NCBI GenBank assembly: GCA_943788135.1
Contig: CALSPC010000010.1
Span: 7,848-71,847 of the forward strand
Reading direction: 5' to 3'
Source of the DNA: an uncultured Rhodobacteraceae bacterium
GTDB taxonomy: Bacteria > Bacteroidota > Bacteroidia > Flavobacteriales > Flavobacteriaceae
DNA: 64,000 nt
A program made the translations under genes and the position numbers. The notes under the pieces were generated by a model, which saw only the letters and a list, made by a program, of their open reading frames with translations, was not told the origin of the DNA and searched no databases. Below are positions 11,195 to 20,568 of this stretch, in pieces (within the stretch, counting starts at the first letter, position 1; each line of letters opens with the position of its first letter).

Positions 11195-11705
11195 TTTTTG
11201 AAATAATAGTTGTAACAATTTCAGCTACACTAAGGGAGTCCGTTTGTATACTAATTTCGGCTTGATTATAGAAAAAAGACCGCTCAAACAAATGTTTAGC
11301 AATAAATTCAGGAATATCTTCATCCTTGATACTAGCAATCAGGGGGCGCTTTGCTTTTTCTTTTATTAAACGTTCAGAAAGGTTTTTTATTGAACTATTT
11401 AGAGTCACCGTTATCACATTTGGATGCTCAACCAAAAAGGCCATCGTATCCCCATAACACGGCGTTCCCCCGCCCAAAGCTAAAACTAAATTATCGGACT
11501 GGTTGATTAGGTCTTTGACCGCTTCAGACTCTAGTTTTCTAAAAACTATTTCGCCTTTAGACTTAAAAATTTCTGCTATTGTGGCTTGCTGATTTTGTTC
11601 AATGTATTCGTCTAAATCTAAAAAATCAGTATTACTATTTTGTGCAAGTAACTGTCCAACAGTGGACTTACCAGATCCCATATAGCCTAACAAAACAATG
11701 ATCAT
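11181..11705 (-). CDS. aroK: Shikimate kinase
   Basis: The 174-aa protein has a P-loop (GYMGSGKSTVG) and an LGGGTP motif. Confidence 0.85.
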   Translation of the reverse strand: MIIVLLGYMGSGKSTVGQLLAQNSNTDFLDLDEYIEQNQQATIAEIFKSKGEIVFRKLESEAVKDLINQSDNLVLALGGGTPCYGDTMAFLVEHPNVITVTLNSSIKNLSERLIKEKAKRPLIASIKDEDIPEFIAKHLFERSFFYNQAEISIQTDSLSVAEIVTTIISKITPK

Positions 11706-11780
11706 ACGGTATTATAAATTTGATTATACACTCTCTTAAAATAACGAGAACAAAAAAACGAAAAATAATTTAAAAAAGCA

Positions 11781-11810
11781 TTGTTTAATTAATTAAACCC
11801 TTTATATTTG
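11781..11810 (+). promoter_or_regulatory. Bacteroidota sigma-A type promoter for the tRNA genes
   Basis: TTG (11781-11783), a 19-nt spacer, then TATATTTG (11803-11810). This matches the TTG/TAnnTTTG consensus and lies ~24 nt upstream of tRNA-Lys. Confidence 0.6.
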
Positions 11811-11833
11811 CAGCCGCAATGAGGGAAATAAAT

Positions 11834-11906
11834 GACCTGGTAGCTCAGTTGGTAGAGCATCTCCCTTTTAAGGAGAGGGTCCTGGGTTCGAGCCCCAGCC
11901 AGGTCA
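11834..11906 (+). tRNA. tRNA-Lys (anticodon TTT)
   Basis: It folds by eye into a 73-nt cloverleaf. The acceptor GACCTGG pairs with CCAGGTC, the anticodon stem TCTCC/GGAGA carries loop CTTTTAA, and the T-arm is GGTTCGAGCCC. Confidence 0.9.
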
Positions 11907-11908
11907 CT

Positions 11909-11942
11909 AAAAAAAGTTAAGTTTATTCTTAACTTTTTTTTT
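11909..11942 (+). terminator. Hairpin plus T-run after tRNA-Lys
   Basis: AAGTTAAG (11914-11921) pairs with CTTAACTT (11928-11935) and is followed by a T9 run. Confidence 0.55.
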
Positions 11943-11960
11943 ACCTTTAACATTCAAAAT

Positions 11961-12045
11961 GCGCACGTGGCGGAATTGGTAGACGCGCTAGCTTGAGGGG
12001 CTAGTGGGAATTATTCCCGTGGAAGTTCGAGTCTTCTCGTGCGCA
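11961..12045 (+). tRNA. tRNA-Leu (anticodon GAG), class II with long variable arm
   Basis: The 85-nt sequence has acceptor GCGCACG/CGTGCGC, anticodon stem CTAGC/GCTAG with loop TTGAGGG, a long variable arm (GGGAATTATTCCC) and T-arm GGTTCGAG-like GAAGTTCGAGTCTTC. Confidence 0.88.
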
Positions 12046-12121
12046 CTTTCATCTTTTTTTTTCAATACTTTGATTTTAATATTATTATGGTTAATTTAGT
12101 TTACCCAAATCTTATTAAATC

Positions 12122-13021
12122 ATGAACACAATCAAAAATGTCTTTAGCATTAAAGACTTGGAAAATCTTTCCGGAATCAAAGCCCATACAATTCGTATAT
12201 GGGAAAAACGCTACAAACTTCTTGAACCTGAACGCTCGGAGACCAACATTAGAAGTTATAATCTAATAAACCTTCAGAAACTTCTCAATATTAGTTTTTT
12301 GAACTCAAATGGTTTAAAAATTTCAAAAATTGCGACGCTTAATGAATTTGAAATTGCAAAAAAAGTAAATCAAATTTCATTTGAAGGAGACCCTAAAAAT
12401 CATGCAGTTAATGCCTTTAAACTTTCTATGCTGAATTTTGATCAGGAATTGTTTTACACTACCTACAATCAGCTGTTAGAAGAAAAAAGCTTTAGAGAAG
12501 TTTTCTACGAGTTTTTTATCCCCTTAATACAACAAGTGGGTGTTTTATGGCAAACGTTGACAATTGAACCCTCTCATGAACGTTTTTTTACGGTACACGT
12601 TCGACAAAAAGTTTTAATTCATATTGAAAGGTTGCAAAGCCGAAACCCTAGACCAGATACTAAAACCTTTGTCTTGTTTTTACCTATCAATGAAATTCAT
12701 GATCTCGGATTGTTATTCATAAACTATGAACTGCTGAGTCGAGGATATCATACAATTTATCTGGGTGAAAGTATTCCAATAAGTAACCTGAACACCCTCA
12801 ATACGTTATATGATGACGTTACTTACATTTCATTTTTTACTGTGAAACCTGATGTTGAAAAACTTGATAGTTATTTGAAAACTATTTATAATGAAGTGCT
12901 TGAAAACACCTCTAATACACTTCGGGTACTAGGCACGCGTTTAAAAGACTATAATCCAAAAAAACTCCCAAAACAAATTGATATTTTTAGCTCAATAGAG
13001 AGTTTAGTTAAAGATTTGTAA
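12122..13021 (+). CDS. MerR-family regulator with C-terminal cobalamin-binding-like domain (CarH/LitR-like)
   Basis: A MerR HTH lies at the N-terminus (IKDLENLSGIKAHTIRIWEKRY). The C-terminal Rossmann-like part carries an E-x-H-x-x-G motif (NEIHDLG). The gene lies directly upstream of crtI. Confidence 0.7.
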   Translation: MNTIKNVFSIKDLENLSGIKAHTIRIWEKRYKLLEPERSETNIRSYNLINLQKLLNISFLNSNGLKISKIATLNEFEIAKKVNQISFEGDPKNHAVNAFKLSMLNFDQELFYTTYNQLLEEKSFREVFYEFFIPLIQQVGVLWQTLTIEPSHERFFTVHVRQKVLIHIERLQSRNPRPDTKTFVLFLPINEIHDLGLLFINYELLSRGYHTIYLGESIPISNLNTLNTLYDDVTYISFFTVKPDVEKLDSYLKTIYNEVLENTSNTLRVLGTRLKDYNPKKLPKQIDIFSSIESLVKDL

Positions 13022-13076
13022 AAAAACATTAGACATATGCTTACTGTATCGTCTTTTGCTTATTTTTATGAGCATT

Positions 13077-14546
13077 ATGAAAAAAACAATACAGATTATT
13101 GGCTCTGGGTTTTCATCCTTGTCTGCAGCCTGCTATTTAGCACAAGCGGGACACAGGGTGTCTATCTATGAAAAGAACAGTACAGTAGGCGGACGTGCAC
13201 GCCAATTAAAAAAAGACGGTTTCACTTTTGATATTGGCCCCTCTTGGTATTGGATGCCTGATGTATTTGATCGGTTTTTTGCCGATTTTGACAAAAAAAC
13301 TGCGGACTACTACCATATAGACAAACTAGACCCTGCCTATAAAATATTTTTTGATGATGACATTATTACCATTGGAGATTCAATGGAAAAAATTTGTGCA
13401 GAATTCGAACGTATCGAAAAAGGAAGCGGGATTAAACTTAATAAATTTATAAAAAAAGCACAAAACAATTACGGCATAGCCGTAAATAAAATTTTGTACA
13501 ATGCTCCAGGAATATCCCCTTTAGAATTAGTAACCAAAGACACTGTGAAGCGTTTAGATCAGTTTTTCAAAACTATTAGTCACGAAGTTCGGAAAAATTT
13601 TAGTAATCCAAAGTTAATTTCAACACTAGAATTTCCATCTCTATTTTTAGGCGCTAAACCCAACAAAACACCATCGTTCTTTAGCTTTATGAATTATGCT
13701 GACTTCGGGTTAGGTACCTGGCACCCAAGAGGTGGCATGTATGAAATCATAAAAGCAATGGAAGCTTTAGCAATCGAATTAGGCGTTGAAATTCATACCA
13801 ACCACCCTGTTGACAAAATTGTAGTAGATAATGGTAAGGCAACTGGACTGGTAACCAAAGACGTATTCGTAGAATCTGACATTGTTTTGAGTGGTGCAGA
13901 TTATCACCATTCTGAGACATTATTAGACGAAAAGCACAGACAGCATTCAGAGGCCTATTGGGATAAAAAAGTATTTGCGCCATCTTCTTTATTATTTTAT
14001 ATTGGATTAGATAAGAAACTCAAAAATACAGAACATCACAATTTGTTTTTTGATGCGGACTTTGAAAAACATGCAGAAGAAATATATGACGAGCCCCAAT
14101 GGCCAAGTCATCCTTTATTTTATGCTAACGTGCCCTCTAAAACTGATCCTTCCATGGCGCCTGAGGGACATGAAGCCTTGTTTATTTTGATGCCAATTGC
14201 TCCAAATATTGAAGACACTCCAGAACTTAGAGATCAGTACTTAAAAAAAATAATTGAAAGATTTGAAGCAAAAACAAAGCAATCAATTCAAAATAATATT
14301 ATATTTAATGAATCTTTTTGTGTTGAAGATTTTAAATCGGAATACAACTCATATAAAGGTAACGCTTATGGAATGGCCATGACTTTAATGCAAACGGCTT
14401 TTTTAAGGCCGAAATTGAAGAGTAATAAAGTTGAAAATTTATATTTTACAGGACAATTAACCGTCCCTGGACCAGGAGTGCCCCCTTCTCTAATCTCCGG
14501 AAAACTGACCTCAGAACTTATTCAAAAGCTGCTGGACAAATGTTAA
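13077..14546 (+). CDS. crtI: Phytoene desaturase
   Basis: An N-terminal FAD Rossmann motif (IIGSGFSSLSAACYLAQAGHRVSIYEKNSTVGGRA), a length of ~490 aa and the crt context support the call. The start is chosen at the MKKTIQ Met; ORF-track upstream starts at 13056/13068 remain possible. Confidence 0.88.
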   Translation: MKKTIQIIGSGFSSLSAACYLAQAGHRVSIYEKNSTVGGRARQLKKDGFTFDIGPSWYWMPDVFDRFFADFDKKTADYYHIDKLDPAYKIFFDDDIITIGDSMEKICAEFERIEKGSGIKLNKFIKKAQNNYGIAVNKILYNAPGISPLELVTKDTVKRLDQFFKTISHEVRKNFSNPKLISTLEFPSLFLGAKPNKTPSFFSFMNYADFGLGTWHPRGGMYEIIKAMEALAIELGVEIHTNHPVDKIVVDNGKATGLVTKDVFVESDIVLSGADYHHSETLLDEKHRQHSEAYWDKKVFAPSSLLFYIGLDKKLKNTEHHNLFFDADFEKHAEEIYDEPQWPSHPLFYANVPSKTDPSMAPEGHEALFILMPIAPNIEDTPELRDQYLKKIIERFEAKTKQSIQNNIIFNESFCVEDFKSEYNSYKGNAYGMAMTLMQTAFLRPKLKSNKVENLYFTGQLTVPGPGVPPSLISGKLTSELIQKLLDKC

Positions 14547-14579
14547 GCAACTTAGTTAAAAAATTTAAAATTTAAGTTT

Positions 14580-15419
14580 ATGAAGTCCATATTTGATACC
14601 GTATCAAAAGACTGTAGTCGAATTATCACACAAACTTATAGTACCTCATTTTCAATGGCTACGAAAATGCTTTCCAGTACAATTCGTCAGGATATTTATA
14701 ATATTTACGGATTTGTACGCTTAGCGGATGAAATTGTAGATTCATTTCATGACTATGATAAAGAAGCTTTATTTGTACAGTTTGAAGCAGACTTAGAAGC
14801 GGCTCTTCAAAATAAAATCAGTCTCAACCCTATTCTAAATTCATTTCAAGAAACGTATCATACCTATGGTCTTGAAAAAGATATGGTCGATGCTTTTATG
14901 AGCTCAATGCGTCAAGATTTACACAAAACAGTATATCACACAGAAGAGGAATATAAAAACTACATTTACGGTTCTGCGGATGTGGTTGGACTAATGTGTC
15001 TAAAAGTATTTGTCAATGGAGACACCCAACAATACAATACGCTCAAGCAAACAGCAATGGCTTTAGGATCGGCATTTCAAAAAGTAAATTTCTTGAGAGA
15101 TTTAAAAGCAGATCATGATCAGTTAAATAGAACCTATTTCCCAAATACAGATCTAGACAACTTAGATGAACGCTCAAAACAAGCTATTATTGACGATATT
15201 GAGAATGATTTTTCAGAAGGTTTAAAAGGCATAAAACAACTGCCTTTAGAAGCTAAATTTGGTGTTTTTATGGCATATCGCTACTATAATCAGCTTCTAA
15301 AAAAATTAAAAACAACCCCTGCTCTCGAAATTAAAAGTACCCGAATTCGAGTGCCTGACTATAAAAAAGTAGAGCTACTAACTCGTAGCTATGTAAAATA
15401 CCAACTCAATCTATTATAA
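14580..15419 (+). CDS. crtB: Phytoene synthase
   Basis: The 279-aa protein has squalene/phytoene synthase motifs (YGFVRLADEIVD, GSADVVGLM, FQKVNFLRDL). Confidence 0.9.
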   Translation: MKSIFDTVSKDCSRIITQTYSTSFSMATKMLSSTIRQDIYNIYGFVRLADEIVDSFHDYDKEALFVQFEADLEAALQNKISLNPILNSFQETYHTYGLEKDMVDAFMSSMRQDLHKTVYHTEEEYKNYIYGSADVVGLMCLKVFVNGDTQQYNTLKQTAMALGSAFQKVNFLRDLKADHDQLNRTYFPNTDLDNLDERSKQAIIDDIENDFSEGLKGIKQLPLEAKFGVFMAYRYYNQLLKKLKTTPALEIKSTRIRVPDYKKVELLTRSYVKYQLNLL

Positions 15420-15427
15420 CCCATATT

Positions 15428-15877
15428 ATGAATACATTTTTTTGGATCCTCGTTTTTTTAGCCACTTTTACAACCATGGAATTTATGGCTTGGTTTACAC
15501 ATAAGTATGTAATGCATGGGTTTTTATGGAACCTTCACAGAGATCACCATCACAAAGACCACAAAAGCTGGTTTGAACGTAATGATGCCTTTTTTATATT
15601 CTATGCAGTTGTCAGTATGACTTGTTTTTATTTCTGGAGTTACGAAGGGTTTTGGGCTGGACTTCCCATAGGTTTAGGAATTATGGCCTATGGTGCTACG
15701 TACTTTATTGTTCATGATATTTTCATCCATCAACGATTTAAGCTTTTTCGTAACGCCAATAATTGGTATGCAAAAGGGCTGCGACGTGCCCACAAAATTC
15801 ATCACAAACACCTCGGCAAAAGCGATGGCGAATGTTTTGGAATGTTATTTGTCCCGTTCAAATACTTTAAACGCTAA
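15428..15877 (+). CDS. crtZ: Beta-carotene 3-hydroxylase
   Basis: The 149-aa membrane protein has His-box motifs HRDHHH, HDIFIH and HKIHHKH. Confidence 0.88.
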   Translation: MNTFFWILVFLATFTTMEFMAWFTHKYVMHGFLWNLHRDHHHKDHKSWFERNDAFFIFYAVVSMTCFYFWSYEGFWAGLPIGLGIMAYGATYFIVHDIFIHQRFKLFRNANNWYAKGLRRAHKIHHKHLGKSDGECFGMLFVPFKYFKR

Positions 15878-15880
15878 CGC

Positions 15881-16582
15881 ATGAATGCGCTCTATCTTTT
15901 GTTAAACTTAGGGTCTATTTCTGTCCCTTTTCTCTATAGTTTTCACCCAAGACTGCAACTTCATAAGCGATTTTTATGGATTTTTGTTTCAATCCTTTTA
16001 ACGATGGCAATTTTTATCCCATGGGATGTCATTTTTACACTGCATGACATCTGGGGTTTTAATGACACTTATTTTTTGGGAATCAAATTTCTGAGCCTTC
16101 CCCTAGAGGAATGGTTGTTTTTTATCTGTATTCCTTTTGCTTGTGTGTTTACGCATTATGCGCTCCTGCTCTATTTTCCGAATTTAAAGCTGAACAAAAC
16201 CAGTACAAAATGGATCAGTTCCGGTCTTATGACTTTGTTATTTGTGCTTGCTGCTGTGAATTATGACAAATGGTACACGGTTATAAATTTTAGTCTAGCT
16301 ATACCACTCACATACCTCGTGTATAGATACAACCCCAAACTTCTGCAGCATTTTCTCTTGACGTTTTTGGTGATGCTGATCCCCTTTTTTATAGTCAATG
16401 GCATCTTAACAGGTAGCTTTATTGACGACCAAGTAGTTTGGTATAACAATGCCGAAAACTTAGGCATCCGCATGGGAACGATTCCTGTTGAGGACAGTAT
16501 TTATGCCTATACTTTGATTCTTTGTAATTTGTTTCTGACGGAGCTTTTTATGAAGAAATATCATAAAACAAATGAATACTAA
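15881..16582 (+). CDS. Lycopene cyclase, fused heterodimeric (CrtYc/CrtYd) type
   Basis: The 233-aa polytopic membrane protein has duplicated PLEEWLFF and PVEDSIYA motifs characteristic of the lycopene cyclase domain. It lies in the crt operon. Confidence 0.75.
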   Translation: MNALYLLLNLGSISVPFLYSFHPRLQLHKRFLWIFVSILLTMAIFIPWDVIFTLHDIWGFNDTYFLGIKFLSLPLEEWLFFICIPFACVFTHYALLLYFPNLKLNKTSTKWISSGLMTLLFVLAAVNYDKWYTVINFSLAIPLTYLVYRYNPKLLQHFLLTFLVMLIPFFIVNGILTGSFIDDQVVWYNNAENLGIRMGTIPVEDSIYAYTLILCNLFLTELFMKKYHKTNEY

Positions 16583-17024
16583 ATACAAGTATATTATCCT
16601 TGGAATTGTTGGGTTATTACTTATGGCGCTTATGCTAATTATAGGGCTCCGAACACTTGTAATGTCCATAGCCAATCAACGAACGTGCGAATGGGCTAAC
16701 ATTGACAATATAGAACTCAATGCAAAAATTGATATTCCTTCAATCCTTAATTCAGACTGTGAATATTTAGAAACGATTAATACAAAAAAGGCTTATTTTA
16801 AGTTTGATCCAACTCATTTTGATGGCGATTATTACATCGAAGTCAATCAACTAACAAGTTTAGATACAAAACACACAGGAATTGACTTCATAAATTTCAA
16901 TACAGACTCCCTTTCAGTGGATGCGCTTTACTATAAATCAAGAACTGGACATAAATCTAACTCTTATGTATTGTTTGACAAAAACAAAGAACAGCTCTGG
17001 GTGTCTATTCAGTATGCTGATTAA
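16572..17024 (+). CDS. Hypothetical membrane-anchored protein, translationally coupled to the cyclase gene
   Basis: The 150-aa ORF has a single N-terminal TM helix. Its start overlaps the cyclase stop by 11 nt. I recognise no motifs. Confidence 0.5.
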   Translation: MNTKYKYIILGIVGLLLMALMLIIGLRTLVMSIANQRTCEWANIDNIELNAKIDIPSILNSDCEYLETINTKKAYFKFDPTHFDGDYYIEVNQLTSLDTKHTGIDFINFNTDSLSVDALYYKSRTGHKSNSYVLFDKNKEQLWVSIQYAD

Positions 17025-17043
17025 ATCAGGAATTCTCAATACC

Positions 17044-17095
17044 AAAAAAAAAAAAAAAGAGACCCTTCTTACATTGAATATAAGAAATAAGTCTC
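17044..17095 (-). terminator. Rho-independent terminator of the aconitase gene with a 15-nt U-tract
   Basis: On the minus strand, a GAGAC/GTCTC outer stem and a 6-bp TTCTTA/TAAGAA inner stem are followed by T15 (A15 on plus, 17044-17058). The site lies 60 nt past the acn stop. Confidence 0.65.
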
Positions 17096-17154
17096 AATTT
17101 AGTTATGCTCTAAAATCATTAGATGATCTAGACACCAAGGTGCGTAAATCTACT

Positions 17155-19419
17155 CTAGGCGTTTTGTTTTTTGATCAAGTTCAATGCGGAACCTTCATTA
17201 TACCATTCTATTTGTGAATCGTTATAAGTATGGTTGGCAATGATTATATCCTTAGAACCATCCGCATGAATAGCTTCAATAGTTAACGGTTTTCCTGGTG
17301 CAAATGCATTTAAGTCCACAAAATTAAATGTATCATCCTCTTGAATTAAATCGTAATCTGATTCAGTTGCAAACGTCAACCCTAACATACCTTGTTTTTT
17401 AAGGTTAGTTTCATGAATACGTGCAAATGATTTTACAATCACCGCTGCAACTCCAAGATGACGAGGCTCCATCGCCGCGTGTTCTCTAGAAGAGCCTTCT
17501 CCATAATTATGATCGCCTACTACAATTGTATGAACGCCTTTAGACTTATAGTCACGTTGCGTCGTTGGCACTGCATCATATTCTCCTGTAAATTGATTTT
17601 TAACAAAATTGGTTTTCATATTAAACGCATTTACAGCACCAATCAAACAATTGTTTGAGATATTATCTAAATGGCCTCTAAAACGCAACCAAGGTCCCGC
17701 CATAGAAATATGGTCAGTTGTACATTTTCCATGCGCTTTGATTAATAATTTAGCGCCGTTAATTGTATTACCAATGGGCTCAAAAGGAGTTAAAAGTTCT
17801 AGGCGCTCAGAATCAGAAGCCACATTAACTTCTACATGACTGCCATCTTCTTCTGGTGCTAAATACCCCGCATCTTCGACTGAAAATCCTTCTTCAGGCA
17901 ATTCATAACCTGTTGGTTCATCCAACATAACTTTTTCACCATCTTTATTAATTAGTGCATCTGTTAAAGGGTTAAAATCTAAACGCCCTGAAATTGCTAT
18001 TGCAGCAACCATTTCTGGAGATGCAACAAAAGCATGAGTATTTGGATTACCATCAGCACGCTTGGCAAAATTTCTATTAAAAGAATGTACTATACTATTT
18101 TTAGGTGCATTTTTAGGATCTTCGTAACGTGCCCATTGCCCGATACATGGACCACAAGCATTAGTGAATATTTTGGCGTCTAAATTTTCAAAGACTTCCA
18201 AAATTCCATCACGTTCTGCTGTGAAACGGACTTGTTCTGATCCTGGATTAATTCCAAATTCTGCTTTTGTCACTAATCCTTTATCGAGTGCTTGTTGTGC
18301 TATAGAAGCAGCACGGGATAAATCTTCATAAGATGAATTGGTACAAGACCCTATCAAGCCCCACTCTACTTTTAATGGCCAATCGTTTGTTTTGGCTTTA
18401 GCTGTCATGGTTCCTACTTCCGTCGCTAAATCTGGTGTAAAAGGACCATTGATATGTGGCATTAATGTAGATAAATCAATCTCTATTAATTCATCAAAAT
18501 AATCTTCAGGAGATGCATATACTTCCGGATCAGCTGTTAAAGAATCTTTAACTTGATTTGCGGCATCTGCAACATCATTTCGATCAGTAGCACGCAAGTA
18601 ACGCTCCATTGATTCATCATAGCCAAATGTAGAAGTTGTGGCGCCAATTTCGGCACCCATGTTACAAATTGTTCCTTTTCCGGTACAAGACATAGATGTC
18701 GCACCAGGACCAAAATATTCAACAATCGCACCGGTTCCTCCTTTAGCGGTTAGGATACCAGCGACTTTAAGAATCACATCTTTTGGCGCTGTCCATCCAG
18801 AAAGGTTTCCAGTTAATTTAACACCAATCAGTTTTGGGAATTTAAGTTCCCAAGCCATACCTGCCATCACATCAACAGCATCTGCACCACCAACTCCAAT
18901 AGCAATCATTCCTAATCCACCTGCATTAACGGTATGTGAATCTGTTCCAATCATCATACCTCCTGGAAACGCATAGTTTTCTAAAACCACTTGGTGAATA
19001 ATTCCAGCTCCAGGCTTCCAAAATCCGATACCATATTTATTGGATACTGACTCTAAAAAATTAAAAACTTCATTACTGTTATTTAAAGCAAATTGTAAAT
19101 CTTTAGAAGCGCCAACTTTAGCCTGAATTAAGTGGTCACAATGCACTGTTGTTGGGACTGCTACTTGTTTTTTTCCAGCTTGCATAAACTGTAATAACGC
19201 CATTTGTGCTGTTGCATCTTGACACGCAATTCTATCTGGTGCAAAATCTACATAATCTTTTCCGCGTTCATATGCTTTTGCAGCATTATCATCCCAAAGG
19301 TGACTATAAAGAATTTTTTCTGAAAGTGTAAGAGGTCGTCCAACGAGTTGACGTGCTTTTTCAATGCGTCCCGGCATTTGTCGGTACACTTCTTTAATAA
19401 TATTTATATCGAAAGCCAT
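17155..19419 (-). CDS. acn: Aconitate hydratase (754-aa, mitochondrial-like type)
   Basis: The Fe-S ligand motifs [11 protein letters not shown] and CGPCIGQW, plus GTDSHT, are present. Confidence 0.92.
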   Translation of the reverse strand: MAFDINIIKEVYRQMPGRIEKARQLVGRPLTLSEKILYSHLWDDNAAKAYERGKDYVDFAPDRIACQDATAQMALLQFMQAGKKQVAVPTTVHCDHLIQAKVGASKDLQFALNNSNEVFNFLESVSNKYGIGFWKPGAGIIHQVVLENYAFPGGMMIGTDSHTVNAGGLGMIAIGVGGADAVDVMAGMAWELKFPKLIGVKLTGNLSGWTAPKDVILKVAGILTAKGGTGAIVEYFGPGATSMSCTGKGTICNMGAEIGATTSTFGYDESMERYLRATDRNDVADAANQVKDSLTADPEVYASPEDYFDELIEIDLSTLMPHINGPFTPDLATEVGTMTAKAKTNDWPLKVEWGLIGSCTNSSYEDLSRAASIAQQALDKGLVTKAEFGINPGSEQVRFTAERDGILEVFENLDAKIFTNACGPCIGQWARYEDPKNAPKNSIVHSFNRNFAKRADGNPNTHAFVASPEMVAAIAISGRLDFNPLTDALINKDGEKVMLDEPTGYELPEEGFSVEDAGYLAPEEDGSHVEVNVASDSERLELLTPFEPIGNTINGAKLLIKAHGKCTTDHISMAGPWLRFRGHLDNISNNCLIGAVNAFNMKTNFVKNQFTGEYDAVPTTQRDYKSKGVHTIVVGDHNYGEGSSREHAAMEPRHLGVAAVIVKSFARIHETNLKKQGMLGLTFATESDYDLIQEDDTFNFVDLNAFAPGKPLTIEAIHADGSKDIIIANHTYNDSQIEWYNEGSALNLIKKQNA

Positions 19420-19607
19420 AATTTAAATAATTTTATTTCGTAATAATCGTTCGTAAAAATACGAATTAAATAAAATTATATTCAATTAAATAGTGAATAA
19501 GAATTGGGTAGAGTTATAATTTAATTAAAATTAGAATTATGTTTATTCTATTAAATTATTAGCATTTTATTGGTGATAAAATTAAAATAAAAATTATAAA
19601 ATGTAAG

Positions 19608-20561
19608 TTAGAATAAACTTTCAATAATGGACTCCACAGAAATTCCGTCCGCTTCTGCCTTATAATTCTTAATAATTCTATGACGAAGAATACTTACGGC
19701 TACAGCTTGCACATCTTCGATGTCTGGAGAAAGCTTTCCATTGATAACCGCATAGGTTTTAGCAGCTAAAATTAGGTTTTGAGAAGCTCTTGGACCTGCA
19801 CCCCAATCTACATACTGAGAGATTAATGGAAGAGGAGTCGCAGAATCTGGACGGGTTTTTCCAACCATATTAACCGCATACTCAATGACATTGTCAGCAA
19901 CAGGAATTTTTCGAATGAGAGTTTGAAGTTCTAAAATTTCAAGAGCTGAAAATACTACGTTTACCTCCGATTTTGCATTAACTGTTGTCAACTTTACTAC
20001 CTGTACTTCTTCCTCAAAAGTGGGATAAGTCAGGTTGATAGAGAACATGAAACGGTCCAATTGCGCTTCTGGAAGTGGATAGGTACCTTCTTGCTCAATT
20101 GGGTTTTGAGTTGCTAATACAAAATATGGTGACTCTAACTTATAATGCTGACCTGCAATGGTAACTGAACGTTCTTGCATGGCTTCTAAAAGCGCTGCTT
20201 GTGTTTTTGGTGGTGTTCGATTGATTTCATCTGCCAAGATGATATTTGAGAAAATTGGACCTTTTATAAATTTAAATTGGCGATCATGATCTAATATTTC
20301 ACTCCCTAAAATATCACTAGGCATCAAATCAGGTGTAAACTGTATGCGTTTAAAATCCAATCCAAGTGCTTTAGAAATTGTATTAACCATTAAGGTTTTT
20401 GCCAATCCTGGAACGCCTACTAAAAGGGAATGACCTCCGGAAAATATCGAAATTAAAATTTGCTCAATGACAGCATCCTGACCAACAATAACTTTAGAAA
20501 TCTCTTGTTTTAAAGCCTGGTACTTTTGAAGGAGTTGTTTTAAAGACGCAACATCTGACAT
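19608..20561 (-). CDS. MoxR-family AAA+ ATPase
   Basis: The 317-aa protein has Walker A (GVPGLAKT) and Walker B (ILADEINR), with MoxR-typical length. Confidence 0.88.
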   Translation of the reverse strand: MSDVASLKQLLQKYQALKQEISKVIVGQDAVIEQILISIFSGGHSLLVGVPGLAKTLMVNTISKALGLDFKRIQFTPDLMPSDILGSEILDHDRQFKFIKGPIFSNIILADEINRTPPKTQAALLEAMQERSVTIAGQHYKLESPYFVLATQNPIEQEGTYPLPEAQLDRFMFSINLTYPTFEEEVQVVKLTTVNAKSEVNVVFSALEILELQTLIRKIPVADNVIEYAVNMVGKTRPDSATPLPLISQYVDWGAGPRASQNLILAAKTYAVINGKLSPDIEDVQAVAVSILRHRIIKNYKAEADGISVESIIESLF

Positions 20562-20568
20562 GGTGTAA

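Noticed and set aside
11706-12121. The tRNA-Lys/tRNA-Leu pair as a possible integration site of a genomic island.
   Set aside because: No integrase, no duplicated tRNA 3' end and no compositional break flank the tRNAs. The neighbours are aroK and the carotenoid regulator.
13056-13076. Upstream alternative starts offered by the ORF track for crtI (13056), and likewise for trpG (60839), trpC (62390), the GT2 gene (30572), the FKBP lipoprotein (10115), the rhodanese (57143) and the adhesin (52559).
   Set aside because: Internal Met codons give canonical N-termini (Rossmann fold, signal or lipoprotein peptides) and avoid overlaps with upstream genes. The longer forms add non-conserved-looking residues.
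19608-20561. MoxR ATPase as a marker of a Bat/aerotolerance or von Willebrand-type operon.
   Set aside because: The usual DUF58 and VWA partner genes are not adjacent here. Downstream is an intergenic spacer and then aconitase, so no system can be called in this window.
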